Shown here piece by piece: positions 10,135-18,789 of a DNA stretch of 64,000 bases; within the stretch, counting starts at the first letter, position 1, and each line of letters opens with the position of its first letter. Source of the DNA: Bacilli bacterium (GTDB lineage: Bacteria > Bacillota_I > Bacilli_A > ML615J-28 > CAG-313). The stretch is taken from NCBI GenBank assembly GCA_017409905.1, contig JAFQRV010000008.1:6179-70178 (forward strand), read 5' to 3'. The notes beneath the pieces were generated by a model. The model worked only from the letters and a program-made list of their open reading frames with translations. It ran no database searches and was not told where the DNA came from. The translations under genes were made by a program, and so were the position numbers.

Positions 10135-10209
10135 TTTTTTAAATAGATTTTTAAAAAAGATAATAATACCTGAAATAAAAGAAGGTAACTCAATTACTAA
10201 AAAACGCAT
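10132..10209 (-). CDS. Candidate 25-aa hydrophobic small protein (MRFLVIELPSFISGIIIFFKNLFKK)
   Basis: Hand-translated. ATG 10209 is preceded by AGGAG (10216-10220) at 6-nt spacing. It is below the ORF-track cutoff and lies downstream of ytfJ. No homology recognised. Confidence 0.3.
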   Translation of the reverse strand: MRFLVIELPSFISGIIIFFKNLFKK

Positions 10210-10260
10210 ACTTAACTCCTTATCATTAATTCACTTAATTATATTAAAGTATACTACTAA

Positions 10261-10614
10261 TTATTCCTTCTTCTTTATTAAATCAACAATTTGTTTAATA
10301 ATATCAATCCCTGAATCTAAAATATATTCTAATACATGTGTATTATTTTCTAAATGTAATACTTTAACAGTATTTTCTTCTTTTACTAAAAAAGCAATTG
10401 GGGTAATAGATAAATTTGATGCAAGAGCACTAGTATTATTTAAGACTTCTTTTTTTTCCATTCCTCCACTAATAAAAGCACATTTTACTTTAGAAATGGG
10501 AACAACTAAAGTATCTTCAAAAATAATTGGTTTACCGATTACAACATTTACATCTATTAAACTTTTAATATCATTAATAGAATTCTTTATAACATTATTA
10601 ATTTCGTTGTTCAT
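10261..10614 (-). CDS. ytfJ: GerW/YtfJ family sporulation protein
   Basis: 117 aa. The central GKPIIFEDTLVVPISKVKCAFISGG pattern is characteristic of the YtfJ/GerW family. Confidence 0.75.
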   Translation of the reverse strand: MNNEINNVIKNSINDIKSLIDVNVVIGKPIIFEDTLVVPISKVKCAFISGGMEKKEVLNNTSALASNLSITPIAFLVKEENTVKVLHLENNTHVLEYILDSGIDIIKQIVDLIKKKE

Positions 10615-11113
10615 GATATCTTCTCCTATGTAATAAATATCTTAGTATTTGATATATTCTAATACTTAAATGAGCATCTACTTTTACTGATAATCCTCCT
10701 ATAGTATTATATCCTACAGAATAGTAAACATCTTTTACTTTATTAAAGTGTTCATGTAATAAACTTTCAATATATAAATTACTCATATTTAATAAAAAAC
10801 AAGTATTAATATTCCAAGTATCTAAGAAGATATTGGTATATTCAATAATAGTTATTTTATCAATATTGATATACTTACATAAACTATTAACCTGTTTACT
10901 TTCAAAGATTAATAAGTCTAATTCTTTCTCTTGAACGCTCTTTATTAGTTTTGGTACTAATTTACTAATATCAATATTAAAACGTAAAAATAGGCCAATT
11001 TTAACGCTAATATTGAAGTTTTCATCTTTAGTTATAAAGATATTAATATTTAAGAATAAAAACATGAAAATAAAGAATAGTATTAAAATAATAATCAAAT
11101 ATGTATTCATCAA
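10598..11113 (-). CDS. Membrane-anchored protein, probable YtfI-like (DUF2953) partner of YtfJ
   Basis: 171 aa with an N-terminal TM segment. It overlaps the ytfJ start by 17 nt, as in ytfI-ytfJ operons. The family call rests mostly on context. Confidence 0.45.
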   Translation of the reverse strand: MMNTYLIIILILFFIFMFLFLNINIFITKDENFNISVKIGLFLRFNIDISKLVPKLIKSVQEKELDLLIFESKQVNSLCKYINIDKITIIEYTNIFLDTWNINTCFLLNMSNLYIESLLHEHFNKVKDVYYSVGYNTIGGLSVKVDAHLSIRIYQILRYLLHRRRYHEQRN

Positions 11114-11179
11114 TAATATTTTTAACTAAAATTCTTGATTTATACTATTTATTTTGAGATAATTATATTGGTGAATAAT

Positions 11180-12067
11180 ATGCATAAACATAAAAATGAA
11201 TTAGTTGTTAAATTAATTAGAGCATATCAAAAAAATAAAGGAATTATTGGAATTGGGCACTGTAAGTTCTATCCAACATGTTCTAACTATGCTTTAGAAA
11301 CATATAAGAAATTTAATTTCTTTTATGCGAGTATTTTAGTAGGAATTAGACTACTTAGATGCAATGCTTTCGCTAAAAGAAGATATTATCCAGTTAAATT
11401 AACTAAAAAAGAAAAACAAATTAAGAATTATTTAAATAGTTTAAAAGATTACTTAAATGATGATTTTATCGATTATCTACAAAGTTTTAATGATATTGAT
11501 ATAACTCCTGAAGATTTATATCTTGCTATTTATGATTATTATTATTTACCAACTAATGTTCACTTTAATATAAACTATCCAACTAATATGGTATATACTA
11601 ATCGTTTTATTGTTACTGATAAACCGATTAATATCGTAAACAAACCAAAAAATCTTCGTCCATTTGAAGAATACTTAAAAATTGTTGATGAATTATATGC
11701 ATTAAATTTAATTAAAACAAGACCAAAAGAAACATCACTAGATACTACTTATGATTATTTAATTCCTATAGATAGTATTTCTATTAATCAACATTTAGAA
11801 TTATTAGATATTAATGAAGGGTTTGTTTTGATTAACAACTTCAATGAAGAAATTAATTATAAAGATTTTAAAGTAATTAATTTTACTACCAATAAATTAA
11901 AAGACTTTAAAGAATTAATTAAAGATGAAACTAAATTAATTATATTAACTAATAATATTAATATATTTGAATATTTAGAGTATTTAACTTACAGTATTAA
12001 TATTTATGATGATATAAAAGATATTAATTATTTTTATGATTTAAATAAAAGAAAAGCAAATTCCTAA
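11180..12067 (+). CDS. YidD (membrane protein insertion efficiency factor) domain protein with a ~200-aa C-terminal extension
   Basis: YidD core GHCKFYPTCSNYALETYKKFNFFYASILVGIRLLRCN lies near the N-terminus. The rest is Asn/Asp/Tyr/Ile-rich with no recognisable domain. ATG 11180 is preferred to the TTG at 11135. Confidence 0.7.
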   Translation: MHKHKNELVVKLIRAYQKNKGIIGIGHCKFYPTCSNYALETYKKFNFFYASILVGIRLLRCNAFAKRRYYPVKLTKKEKQIKNYLNSLKDYLNDDFIDYLQSFNDIDITPEDLYLAIYDYYYLPTNVHFNINYPTNMVYTNRFIVTDKPINIVNKPKNLRPFEEYLKIVDELYALNLIKTRPKETSLDTTYDYLIPIDSISINQHLELLDINEGFVLINNFNEEINYKDFKVINFTTNKLKDFKELIKDETKLIILTNNINIFEYLEYLTYSINIYDDIKDINYFYDLNKRKANS

Positions 12068-12117
12068 AGAATCTGTTCGTTACTAACAAACAAGTTCTTT
12101 TAGAATTTGCTTTTTTT
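12053..12117. terminator. Long bidirectional terminator between convergent yidD-like and ABC ATPase genes
   Basis: AAAGCAAATTC...GAATTTGCTTT outer 11-bp stem with an additional inner pairing (CTAAAGAA / TTCTTTTAG), flanked by A- and T-runs. Confidence 0.7.
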
Positions 12118-12781
12118 ATTTTGAATTCTTTTTCTTTTTACCAGATATTTTAATTAATTCATACTTTTCATCACACATTGAAGCAACTTCATGTGAATGA
12201 CTAACCAATATAACACATTTACCTTGATCAGCAAGTTCACGAAAAATCTCCATTATTTCTATTTGTGTTTCGCGGTCAAGGTTTCCTGTTGGCTCATCCG
12301 CAAGAATTATATCAGGATTGTAAGAAATTGCGCGAGCAATCGCTACTCTTTGTTGTTGACCACCTGAAAGTTTAAGTACACGGCGGTTAGCTTCATCTTC
12401 ATCAAGGCCAACACTTTCTAAAAGTTCAAAAGCTTTTTTCTTTTTATCTTTAATTTTCACTCCCGATACATCCATTGAAAGAATAACATTTTCTAATGCT
12501 GTATATTTGGTAATTAAATTAAAACTTTGGAATACAACACCAATAAACTTAGAGCGAAAGGTATATTTATCAATCTTATCTATATTCTTACCATCATATA
12601 TAATCTCGCCTTCTGTAGGTTTTGCAAGTCCTGATAAAAGAGATAATAAAGTCGTTTTACCTGCACCAGATTTACCAACAATACAATACATCTTTCCTTT
12701 CTCAAAGTCATAAGAAATATCCTTAAGTACAAGTGTTTTTTCATAAGAAAAACAAATATTTTTAAGTGATAATAAAGCCAT
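12116..12781 (-). CDS. ABC transporter ATP-binding protein (MacB/FtsE-LolD type)
   Basis: Walker A GKSGAGKTT, signature LSGGQQQRVAIARA, Walker B ILADEPTGNLD, H-loop VSHS. Confidence 0.9.
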   Translation of the reverse strand: MALLSLKNICFSYEKTLVLKDISYDFEKGKMYCIVGKSGAGKTTLLSLLSGLAKPTEGEIIYDGKNIDKIDKYTFRSKFIGVVFQSFNLITKYTALENVILSMDVSGVKIKDKKKKAFELLESVGLDEDEANRRVLKLSGGQQQRVAIARAISYNPDIILADEPTGNLDRETQIEIMEIFRELADQGKCVILVSHSHEVASMCDEKYELIKISGKKKKNSK

Positions 12782-12799
12782 TTTAAATATTCTCCTTTC

Positions 12800-14392
12800 T
12801 TAATCTCGGTTAGCGAGTATTTTCAATGGGTCATATCGCATAATAAATAATACCGAGGCAGCACTTGCAATAAGAGTAAGTAATAAACCAACACCAATCA
12901 TTTGTAAAACGACCGTTATATTCATTGCTGAATTAACCTCAGTAATGTAGTCGGCAGCTCCGCCAAACATATTTTCAAAAGGATTTTTACTTCCACTAAT
13001 ATCACTTGGTAAATCAGGTGGCATACTACCCGTAAAACCACTTCCCATATTACCAGGACGTCCAAAATTTTGATTAATTTGATTTTGCTTATTATTCTGA
13101 TTCTCTACTTGTCCTTCAAGAAGGACATTAGTTACAGGGACAGAACTTACTGCGCCAATACTTGAACCAATTACTACAGCTATCATTGTAATCACTAGAA
13201 TCTCACAAACAAACTGTGTAGCAACTTTCCATTTTTTCATTCCCATAGCAGTTAGAACACCAACCTCATATTTACGTTCACGAACATTAAAGATATTAAG
13301 AACCACTAATATAACACCACCAATAATTAAAATAACAAGTAAAAACCAACCAGCCATTTTACTGAGTGTAGTAAGTGGTGCAAGACTATTTTCAAATGCG
13401 GTAATATCCGATGAAGAAACTTTATAACTATCATCTAGACCAAGTTTACGAACTTCTTTTTCAAAAGAATAATAAGCACTAGTATCCGAAAAACAATAAG
13501 TTGCGGAAATATTTCCCTCAATCTTAGTATCTTCTTTATTTGTAAAAGAAGCATCAAGTATTGTTTGTAATGCATTAGCACTCATATAAATTCTATTAGC
13601 GGGATCTTGACTAACTCCAAACATCGACATCGAAAAATCATTATTATCATTACTAGTAAAGATACCTGAAATTGTTAATGTATATGCCTCAGTATTAAGA
13701 GAAGGATTTTGAACGATAATTGAATCACCAACAACAACATTATTATACATTGCCAGTTCTTCAGAGATTACACAAATAAGTTCGCTTGTCCCTTCTTCAA
13801 ACATAGAACCATCGACAATAGATGCATTATCGTTAACAAACTCTTTCATTGCACTGTCATTGCTGTAACCAATAATTGAAAAATCCCCAGAAATTTTTAA
13901 TCCCATGCCTCCCATTCCCCCTGGAAAACCACCAGGAAATGAACTATTGCTTGAAGAACTACTATCTTCTTCTGATTCATTACTAACAGGTAAAAAATAT
14001 TCAGAGCCATTCAAATAAGCTGTTATTGTATAATAAAAATCTTCTACAGTTTCAGACTCAGCATATTTTAAATATTCTTCAAGAGTAAGAGAAGAAGATT
14101 GTTTAAAAATATCTTCAAATTGACTTGGATCAAACTGACCACTTTGAAATCCACTACTATCTTTTCCAGGTCTACCGCCACTAATATTACCCATAGCAGA
14201 AGCTCGGTCATAAGAAATTGTAGCAGTTACACCCATTCCTTCAAGAGCAGACATTTTTGCACTTTCAGCAGCTTGTCTAATAGAAAGACCAATACAAGCA
14301 GATATCGCAATAACCAAAACAATAATACCAATTAAAATGTTTCTTCCTTTTGATCTACCTATACACCGAAGCGCATTCTTAATAATATACAT
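12800..14392 (-). CDS. FtsX-like ABC transporter permease with a large extracytoplasmic domain
   Basis: 530 aa. An N-terminal TM segment is followed by a ~300-aa external domain and a C-terminal FtsX 3-TM bundle (VRERKYEVGVLTAMGMKK). It contains two Gly/Ser/Pro/Asn low-complexity inserts. Confidence 0.85.
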   Translation of the reverse strand: MYIIKNALRCIGRSKGRNILIGIIVLVIAISACIGLSIRQAAESAKMSALEGMGVTATISYDRASAMGNISGGRPGKDSSGFQSGQFDPSQFEDIFKQSSSLTLEEYLKYAESETVEDFYYTITAYLNGSEYFLPVSNESEEDSSSSSNSSFPGGFPGGMGGMGLKISGDFSIIGYSNDSAMKEFVNDNASIVDGSMFEEGTSELICVISEELAMYNNVVVGDSIIVQNPSLNTEAYTLTISGIFTSNDNNDFSMSMFGVSQDPANRIYMSANALQTILDASFTNKEDTKIEGNISATYCFSDTSAYYSFEKEVRKLGLDDSYKVSSSDITAFENSLAPLTTLSKMAGWFLLVILIIGGVILVVLNIFNVRERKYEVGVLTAMGMKKWKVATQFVCEILVITMIAVVIGSSIGAVSSVPVTNVLLEGQVENQNNKQNQINQNFGRPGNMGSGFTGSMPPDLPSDISGSKNPFENMFGGAADYITEVNSAMNITVVLQMIGVGLLLTLIASAASVLFIMRYDPLKILANRD

Positions 14393-14424
14393 TATAAAAC
14401 CTCCATTTTATTTTCGTTAATACT

Positions 14425-14458
14425 ATTTTAACATACTAAACTAAAGACAGACTAAAGA
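14425..14458 (-). promoter_or_regulatory. Response-regulator box plus -10 element driving the ABC permease/ATPase genes
   Basis: On the - strand: TCTTTAG-TCTG-TCTTTAG (14441-14458), then a 10-nt spacer ending in TGT, then TAAAAT (14425-14430). The same arrangement is found upstream of the RR gene. Confidence 0.7.
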
Positions 14459-14486
14459 CAAATGTGAATGTTTTGTGATATTGATT

Positions 14487-14514
14487 AAAAAAGGAATCAC
14501 TCAACGTGATTCCC
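14487..14514 (-). terminator. Terminator after the histidine kinase gene
   Basis: On the - strand: GGAATCAC-GTTGA-GTGATTCC followed by TTTTTT. Confidence 0.8.
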
Positions 14515-14529
14515 ATAATATCAATTCCT

Positions 14530-15768
14530 TTAAAGTATAACTTTAAATCCTATATGTGTATTATCTTTCTTATATACAGATATTTCACCCTTATGTTTTT
14601 CAACAATTGCTTTTGCCATTGATAAACCAATACCATAACCGCCTGTAAACTTTCTTGATTTATCAGCACGATAAAAACGATCGAAAAGTCGGTGTAATTC
14701 TATTTCACCTATAGCTAAATAAGTATTTTCAATTGTTAATATAAGTCGTCTACCTCGACGAAGTGAAACAATAATGTCACCACCTAAATCACAATACTTA
14801 ATAGCATTATCTAACAATATACCAATAAGTCTATGTAAAAGCATTTCATCACCGGCATATTTAATTTTTTCGTCAATATTTGCGGTAAGTATTTTTCCTC
14901 TATTTTTAGCTAACGTTTCAAATTCCAATACCGTATTAGCAACTAGTTTCCCAAAAGAAATCTCAGTAATATTAATAGAATCTTTTTCTTCATCCATACG
15001 TGATAATGCCACAAGCTGGTTCACAAGTTCAGTCATTCTATGTCCTTCCAAACGAATATCTTCAAGCCATTCATTTTTTCCAAGTTCAAGTTCAGCTATA
15101 TCTACATTTGCTAAAATTAAAGTTAATGGTGTTTTCAACTCGTGATTAGCATTTGTAATAAATTGCTTTTGTTTTTCATAACTTTCAGCAATTGGTTTTA
15201 CAGCTTTTTTGGAAAGAAAGAAAATTAGTACTAATACAAGTCCTGCACATCCAAATAACACAATCCCCGCAATTATCATAGATTGCATTAAAGCAGATCG
15301 ACTCATACTGCCATCAACAAACACAACACCATATCCATTTTCTAATGAAAAGACTTTATAACGATAATTTGATATCCAACCTCGTTTATCTTTATCAGTC
15401 ATCACTTTTTCTGCATATGTAATTGCTGTTTCATCATCAATTGCATAAATAGATTCTGTAAAAGTTTGAGTAACATTACCGTTTTCATCAAAAAAGATGG
15501 TAAAGTGGCGTGTAGAAAATGGAGTTTCTGGAGTAATAAAATCAAAAGTTTGTTCGTTTTTGGGAGGCATATTATCCGGGAATGGTCTTTCTTCTAGTAA
15601 ACCAGGGAATTTACCTCCTCCTTCTGAAATACGGTCAGCAAGAATATCCATATTCTTATTCATTGAAGATATATTAAGTACAAAAATAAAACAGAAAACT
15701 AAAACAATTACCGAAAAAACTACCCCTATACTTATTAAAATAAATTTACGTCCAAGTTTATAAATCAT
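14530..15768 (-). CDS. Sensor histidine kinase (two TM segments flanking a ~130-aa extracytoplasmic domain)
   Basis: H-box NHELKTPLT, N/G boxes LLDNAIKY and GGYGIGLSMAK. The start overlaps the RR stop (ATGA). Confidence 0.9.
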   Translation of the reverse strand: MIYKLGRKFILISIGVVFSVIVLVFCFIFVLNISSMNKNMDILADRISEGGGKFPGLLEERPFPDNMPPKNEQTFDFITPETPFSTRHFTIFFDENGNVTQTFTESIYAIDDETAITYAEKVMTDKDKRGWISNYRYKVFSLENGYGVVFVDGSMSRSALMQSMIIAGIVLFGCAGLVLVLIFFLSKKAVKPIAESYEKQKQFITNANHELKTPLTLILANVDIAELELGKNEWLEDIRLEGHRMTELVNQLVALSRMDEEKDSINITEISFGKLVANTVLEFETLAKNRGKILTANIDEKIKYAGDEMLLHRLIGILLDNAIKYCDLGGDIIVSLRRGRRLILTIENTYLAIGEIELHRLFDRFYRADKSRKFTGGYGIGLSMAKAIVEKHKGEISVYKKDNTHIGFKVIL

Positions 15769-16439
15769 GTGGTTTTCTCCAACATATATCCAGTACCACG
15801 AACAAATTTAATTGTCACTGGCACAGAAAGTGTTTCAAGTTTTTTACGGATATTCGAAATATGAACCCATATCACACTCGTATCAACATTTGTATCCCAT
15901 CCCCATATATGTGTAATAAGTTGTTCTGCTGTTACAATTTTATTCGAATTCTGCATTAACATTTCCATTAATTGAAATTCTTTTCCACTTAAAGTTTGCG
16001 TTTTACCACAAAACATAAGTTCGTAAGTAGAACGATTTAATAGCAACTCAAAATATGTTAGTATATCAGGTGTAAATTTATCCTTTCGTCGAAGCATTGC
16101 ACGAACACGTGCAAGAAGTTCCCCAATAGAAAAAGGTTTTGGTAAATAATCATCAGCACCTGCATCTAGTCCTTCAATCCTTTGATCAATTTCCGTTCTC
16201 GCAGTCAAAAATAATGCTGGTGTTGTAATTCCATTATCACGAAGTTTTTTAAGTACAGTTACACCATCCATGTCAGGCATCATAATATCAAGAATAAGTC
16301 CATCATATTCATCTGATGAGGCAAAGTCAAAAGCATCTATACCATTGTCTACACCATCAACAGCATATTTATTTAATTCAAATATATGCACAAGGCTTTT
16401 AAGTAATTTTGGATCATCTTCAGCAATTAAAATCCTCAT
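15765..16439 (-). CDS. OmpR/PhoB-family response regulator
   Basis: Receiver MRILIAEDD...LDIMMPDMDG...PALFLTAR and a winged-helix C-terminus VWVHISNIRKKL...VRGTGY. Confidence 0.92.
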   Translation of the reverse strand: MRILIAEDDPKLLKSLVHIFELNKYAVDGVDNGIDAFDFASSDEYDGLILDIMMPDMDGVTVLKKLRDNGITTPALFLTARTEIDQRIEGLDAGADDYLPKPFSIGELLARVRAMLRRKDKFTPDILTYFELLLNRSTYELMFCGKTQTLSGKEFQLMEMLMQNSNKIVTAEQLITHIWGWDTNVDTSVIWVHISNIRKKLETLSVPVTIKFVRGTGYMLEKTT

Positions 16440-16513
16440 GACATCGCCTCCTTTTACGTATTTCTTAAAACATTATACCATAATTCATTTAGTTCATATA
16501 ATAGATATTATAA

Positions 16514-16547
16514 ATTATAACACATTCTACTAAAGACAGACTAAAGA
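16514..16547 (-). promoter_or_regulatory. Response-regulator box plus -10 element (autoregulated TCS promoter)
   Basis: On the - strand: TCTTTAG-TCTG-TCTTTAG (16530-16547), then a 10-nt spacer ending in TGT, then TATAAT (16514-16519). Confidence 0.7.
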
Positions 16548-16561
16548 TATAATATAATAAA

Positions 16562-16600
16562 AAAGTATTGATAAAAACTTTTAGTATTTACCAATACTTT
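16562..16600 (-). terminator. Probable terminator after the EEP-family gene
   Basis: AAAGTATTG / CAATACTTT 9-bp stem with a 21-nt loop, followed on the - strand by TTTTATTATATT. Confidence 0.4.
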
Positions 16601-16630
16601 ATCTTTTTTCTTAAAATATTTTTACATTAT

Positions 16631-17740
16631 TTATTTTAATATAAATTCCATATATACTGGATTATGATCACTATAAACAAAATCTAAATCGATGTTATTA
16701 ATAACACTAACTTCTACATTACTAGAAACAATAAACCCATCTAAAACAACAGTATAATTTTCTCCTTTAGTATAAGGCATATCTGTACTTCTACAAGTAG
16801 GAGCATTTGTACTTGTAACAAACCGCATATTTAAAGCTTTATTTTCAATATCTTCTTTGTTTAATTTATAAACCCATTCCGGTGTTTTTTGATTACTTAA
16901 GAATCCATTGAAAGTATCATCAAAACTAATATCATGATTAAAATCCCCGCCACATACTACATAGTTTCCTAAAGAAGTTTCTACGTTAAATAAAGAAATT
17001 AATTGTTCTAATTGTTTTGCTCTAAATACTCCACCTTCATCATATGCAGATAAATGAACATTCACAAGTACTAAATATTTATCACTGTTTTTAATAGGTA
17101 AATAAGATACACTAAAACAACGATCTAAATCAAAAAATCTAGTAGGAAATGACTCATCTATTTCTAATTTATGTCTTACTGTTTTTTCTATTAATTTAGA
17201 AGATGAAGTAACAATACCAGAATCTACACTTCCCATTGGTTTTAAAATAGGATAAAACAAGAATCTTGAATGAAAATTACTTACTAATAAACTATTATAG
17301 TTATTGAAAGCATTATCTATCATTTCATATTGATTTACTTTATGACTTCTACTAGCTTCAGCATCTACTTCTTGAAAAAACATAAAATCTGGATTTAATT
17401 TTTTCATTTCTTCTATAACACCATTAGTATTATCTAATACTACTTGTTTTGATGAAGCTCTTGATTCACTACCTTTTTTCTTAGTACCATCAAGCATTTC
17501 GCCTTCGTCCATAAAGAAAGAAAAATCGTGATTGTAAGCTCCAAAACCGATATTATAAGTAGTTATCTTATAACTAGTATTTAATTCTACTAACTCATTA
17601 CTTTCTATTGTATCTACTGAATACTCTTTTAAATCATTAATTCTATAATAACCTGTAGTTAAATATATAACATAACCACCAACTATAACTAATATTAATA
17701 CAATAAAAGCTATAAATATTTTAATTATATTTTTAAACAT
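16631..17740 (-). CDS. Membrane-anchored endonuclease/exonuclease/phosphatase (EEP) family protein
   Basis: 369 aa with an N-terminal TM segment. EEP motifs FMFFQEVD, VVCGGDFNHD and the C-terminal SDHNPV. Confidence 0.8.
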   Translation of the reverse strand: MFKNIIKIFIAFIVLILVIVGGYVIYLTTGYYRINDLKEYSVDTIESNELVELNTSYKITTYNIGFGAYNHDFSFFMDEGEMLDGTKKKGSESRASSKQVVLDNTNGVIEEMKKLNPDFMFFQEVDAEASRSHKVNQYEMIDNAFNNYNSLLVSNFHSRFLFYPILKPMGSVDSGIVTSSSKLIEKTVRHKLEIDESFPTRFFDLDRCFSVSYLPIKNSDKYLVLVNVHLSAYDEGGVFRAKQLEQLISLFNVETSLGNYVVCGGDFNHDISFDDTFNGFLSNQKTPEWVYKLNKEDIENKALNMRFVTSTNAPTCRSTDMPYTKGENYTVVLDGFIVSSNVEVSVINNIDLDFVYSDHNPVYMEFILK

Positions 17741-17748
17741 TTTATCTC

Positions 17749-18747
17749 CTATAATAATTTAATATTATGTTTTTTACAATATTCAAATGTATCTTTATCC
17801 CAACTAGATACTTGAACTTCCCCAATATGAGCTTTTTCAAGTAATAACATAGATAAACGAGATTGACCTATTCCTCCACCAATCGTAAGTGGTAATTGGT
17901 CATTTAATAATTTTTGATGGAAATATAAATTAGTTCTTTCTAATTTATTAGCATGTGTTAATTGTTTAATTAAAGACTCTTTATTAACCCTAATTCCCAT
18001 TGATGATATTTCAAATGCAATATCTAGTATTGGATTATAAACTAAAATGTCACCATTTAATTCCCAATCATCATAATCAGGTGCTCTTCCGTCATGTGGC
18101 ATACCATTACTAAGTGGTTTTCCTATTTGCATTAAGAAAGTAACTGGATGTTCTTTCACAAAAGCATTTTCTCTTTCCTTTGGTGTATATGTTGGATACA
18201 TTTGTTCTAGTTCTGATGAAGTAATAAAAGTTACTTCATCTTTTATATTATATGAAAGTTTCGGAAACATTTCATTAATTTCTTGATTTGTTAAATAAAT
18301 GGCATGAACAATTCTTCTTACTACATCTTTTAAATAATCAAAAGTACGATCACCCTCACTTATTACTTTTTCCCAATCCCATTGGTCAACATAAATAGAA
18401 TGAATATTATCTAAAGTTTCATCTTTTCTAATAGCATTCATATCAGTATATAAACCTTCACCAATATTAAATTCATATTCTGCAAGAGCTAATCGTTTCC
18501 ATTTTGCGAGTGAATGAACAATTTGAAGTTCAGTATTATTTTGTTTTAATACAAAAGATACCGGTTTTTCAACACCACTTAAATCATCATTTAAACCACT
18601 AGTTGAATCAACAAATAATGGAGCTGATACTCTTTTTAAATTTAGAGCTTCACTTAAATTCTTTTCAAAACTTTTCTTTAGAAAACCAATTGCTGTTTGC
18701 GTTTCATAAATACTTAGTTTACTTTTATATCCATCTATTATTTTCAT
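17749..18747 (-). CDS. asnA: Aspartate--ammonia ligase (asparagine synthetase A)
   Basis: HSLAKWKR, YVDQWDWE, RAPDYDDW and GGGIGQSRL align with E. coli AsnA along the whole length. Confidence 0.95.
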   Translation of the reverse strand: MKIIDGYKSKLSIYETQTAIGFLKKSFEKNLSEALNLKRVSAPLFVDSTSGLNDDLSGVEKPVSFVLKQNNTELQIVHSLAKWKRLALAEYEFNIGEGLYTDMNAIRKDETLDNIHSIYVDQWDWEKVISEGDRTFDYLKDVVRRIVHAIYLTNQEINEMFPKLSYNIKDEVTFITSSELEQMYPTYTPKERENAFVKEHPVTFLMQIGKPLSNGMPHDGRAPDYDDWELNGDILVYNPILDIAFEISSMGIRVNKESLIKQLTHANKLERTNLYFHQKLLNDQLPLTIGGGIGQSRLSMLLLEKAHIGEVQVSSWDKDTFEYCKKHNIKLL

Positions 18748-18762
18748 TTTGTTCTCCTATCT

Positions 18763-18789
18763 AAAAAGAATAGGTAAACCTATTCTTTT
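18763..18789 (-). terminator. Hairpin plus U-run immediately upstream of asnA (overlaps the stop of the preceding gene)
   Basis: On the - strand: AAAGAATAGG-TTTA-CCTATTCTTT followed by TTAGATAGGAGAACAAAATG; the stem ends 17 nt before the asnA ATG. Confidence 0.6.

Noticed and set aside
18748-18779. An Asn T-box leader upstream of asnA.
   Set aside because: The intergenic spacer is only 32 nt and is occupied by a simple hairpin plus the RBS, which is far too short for a T-box.
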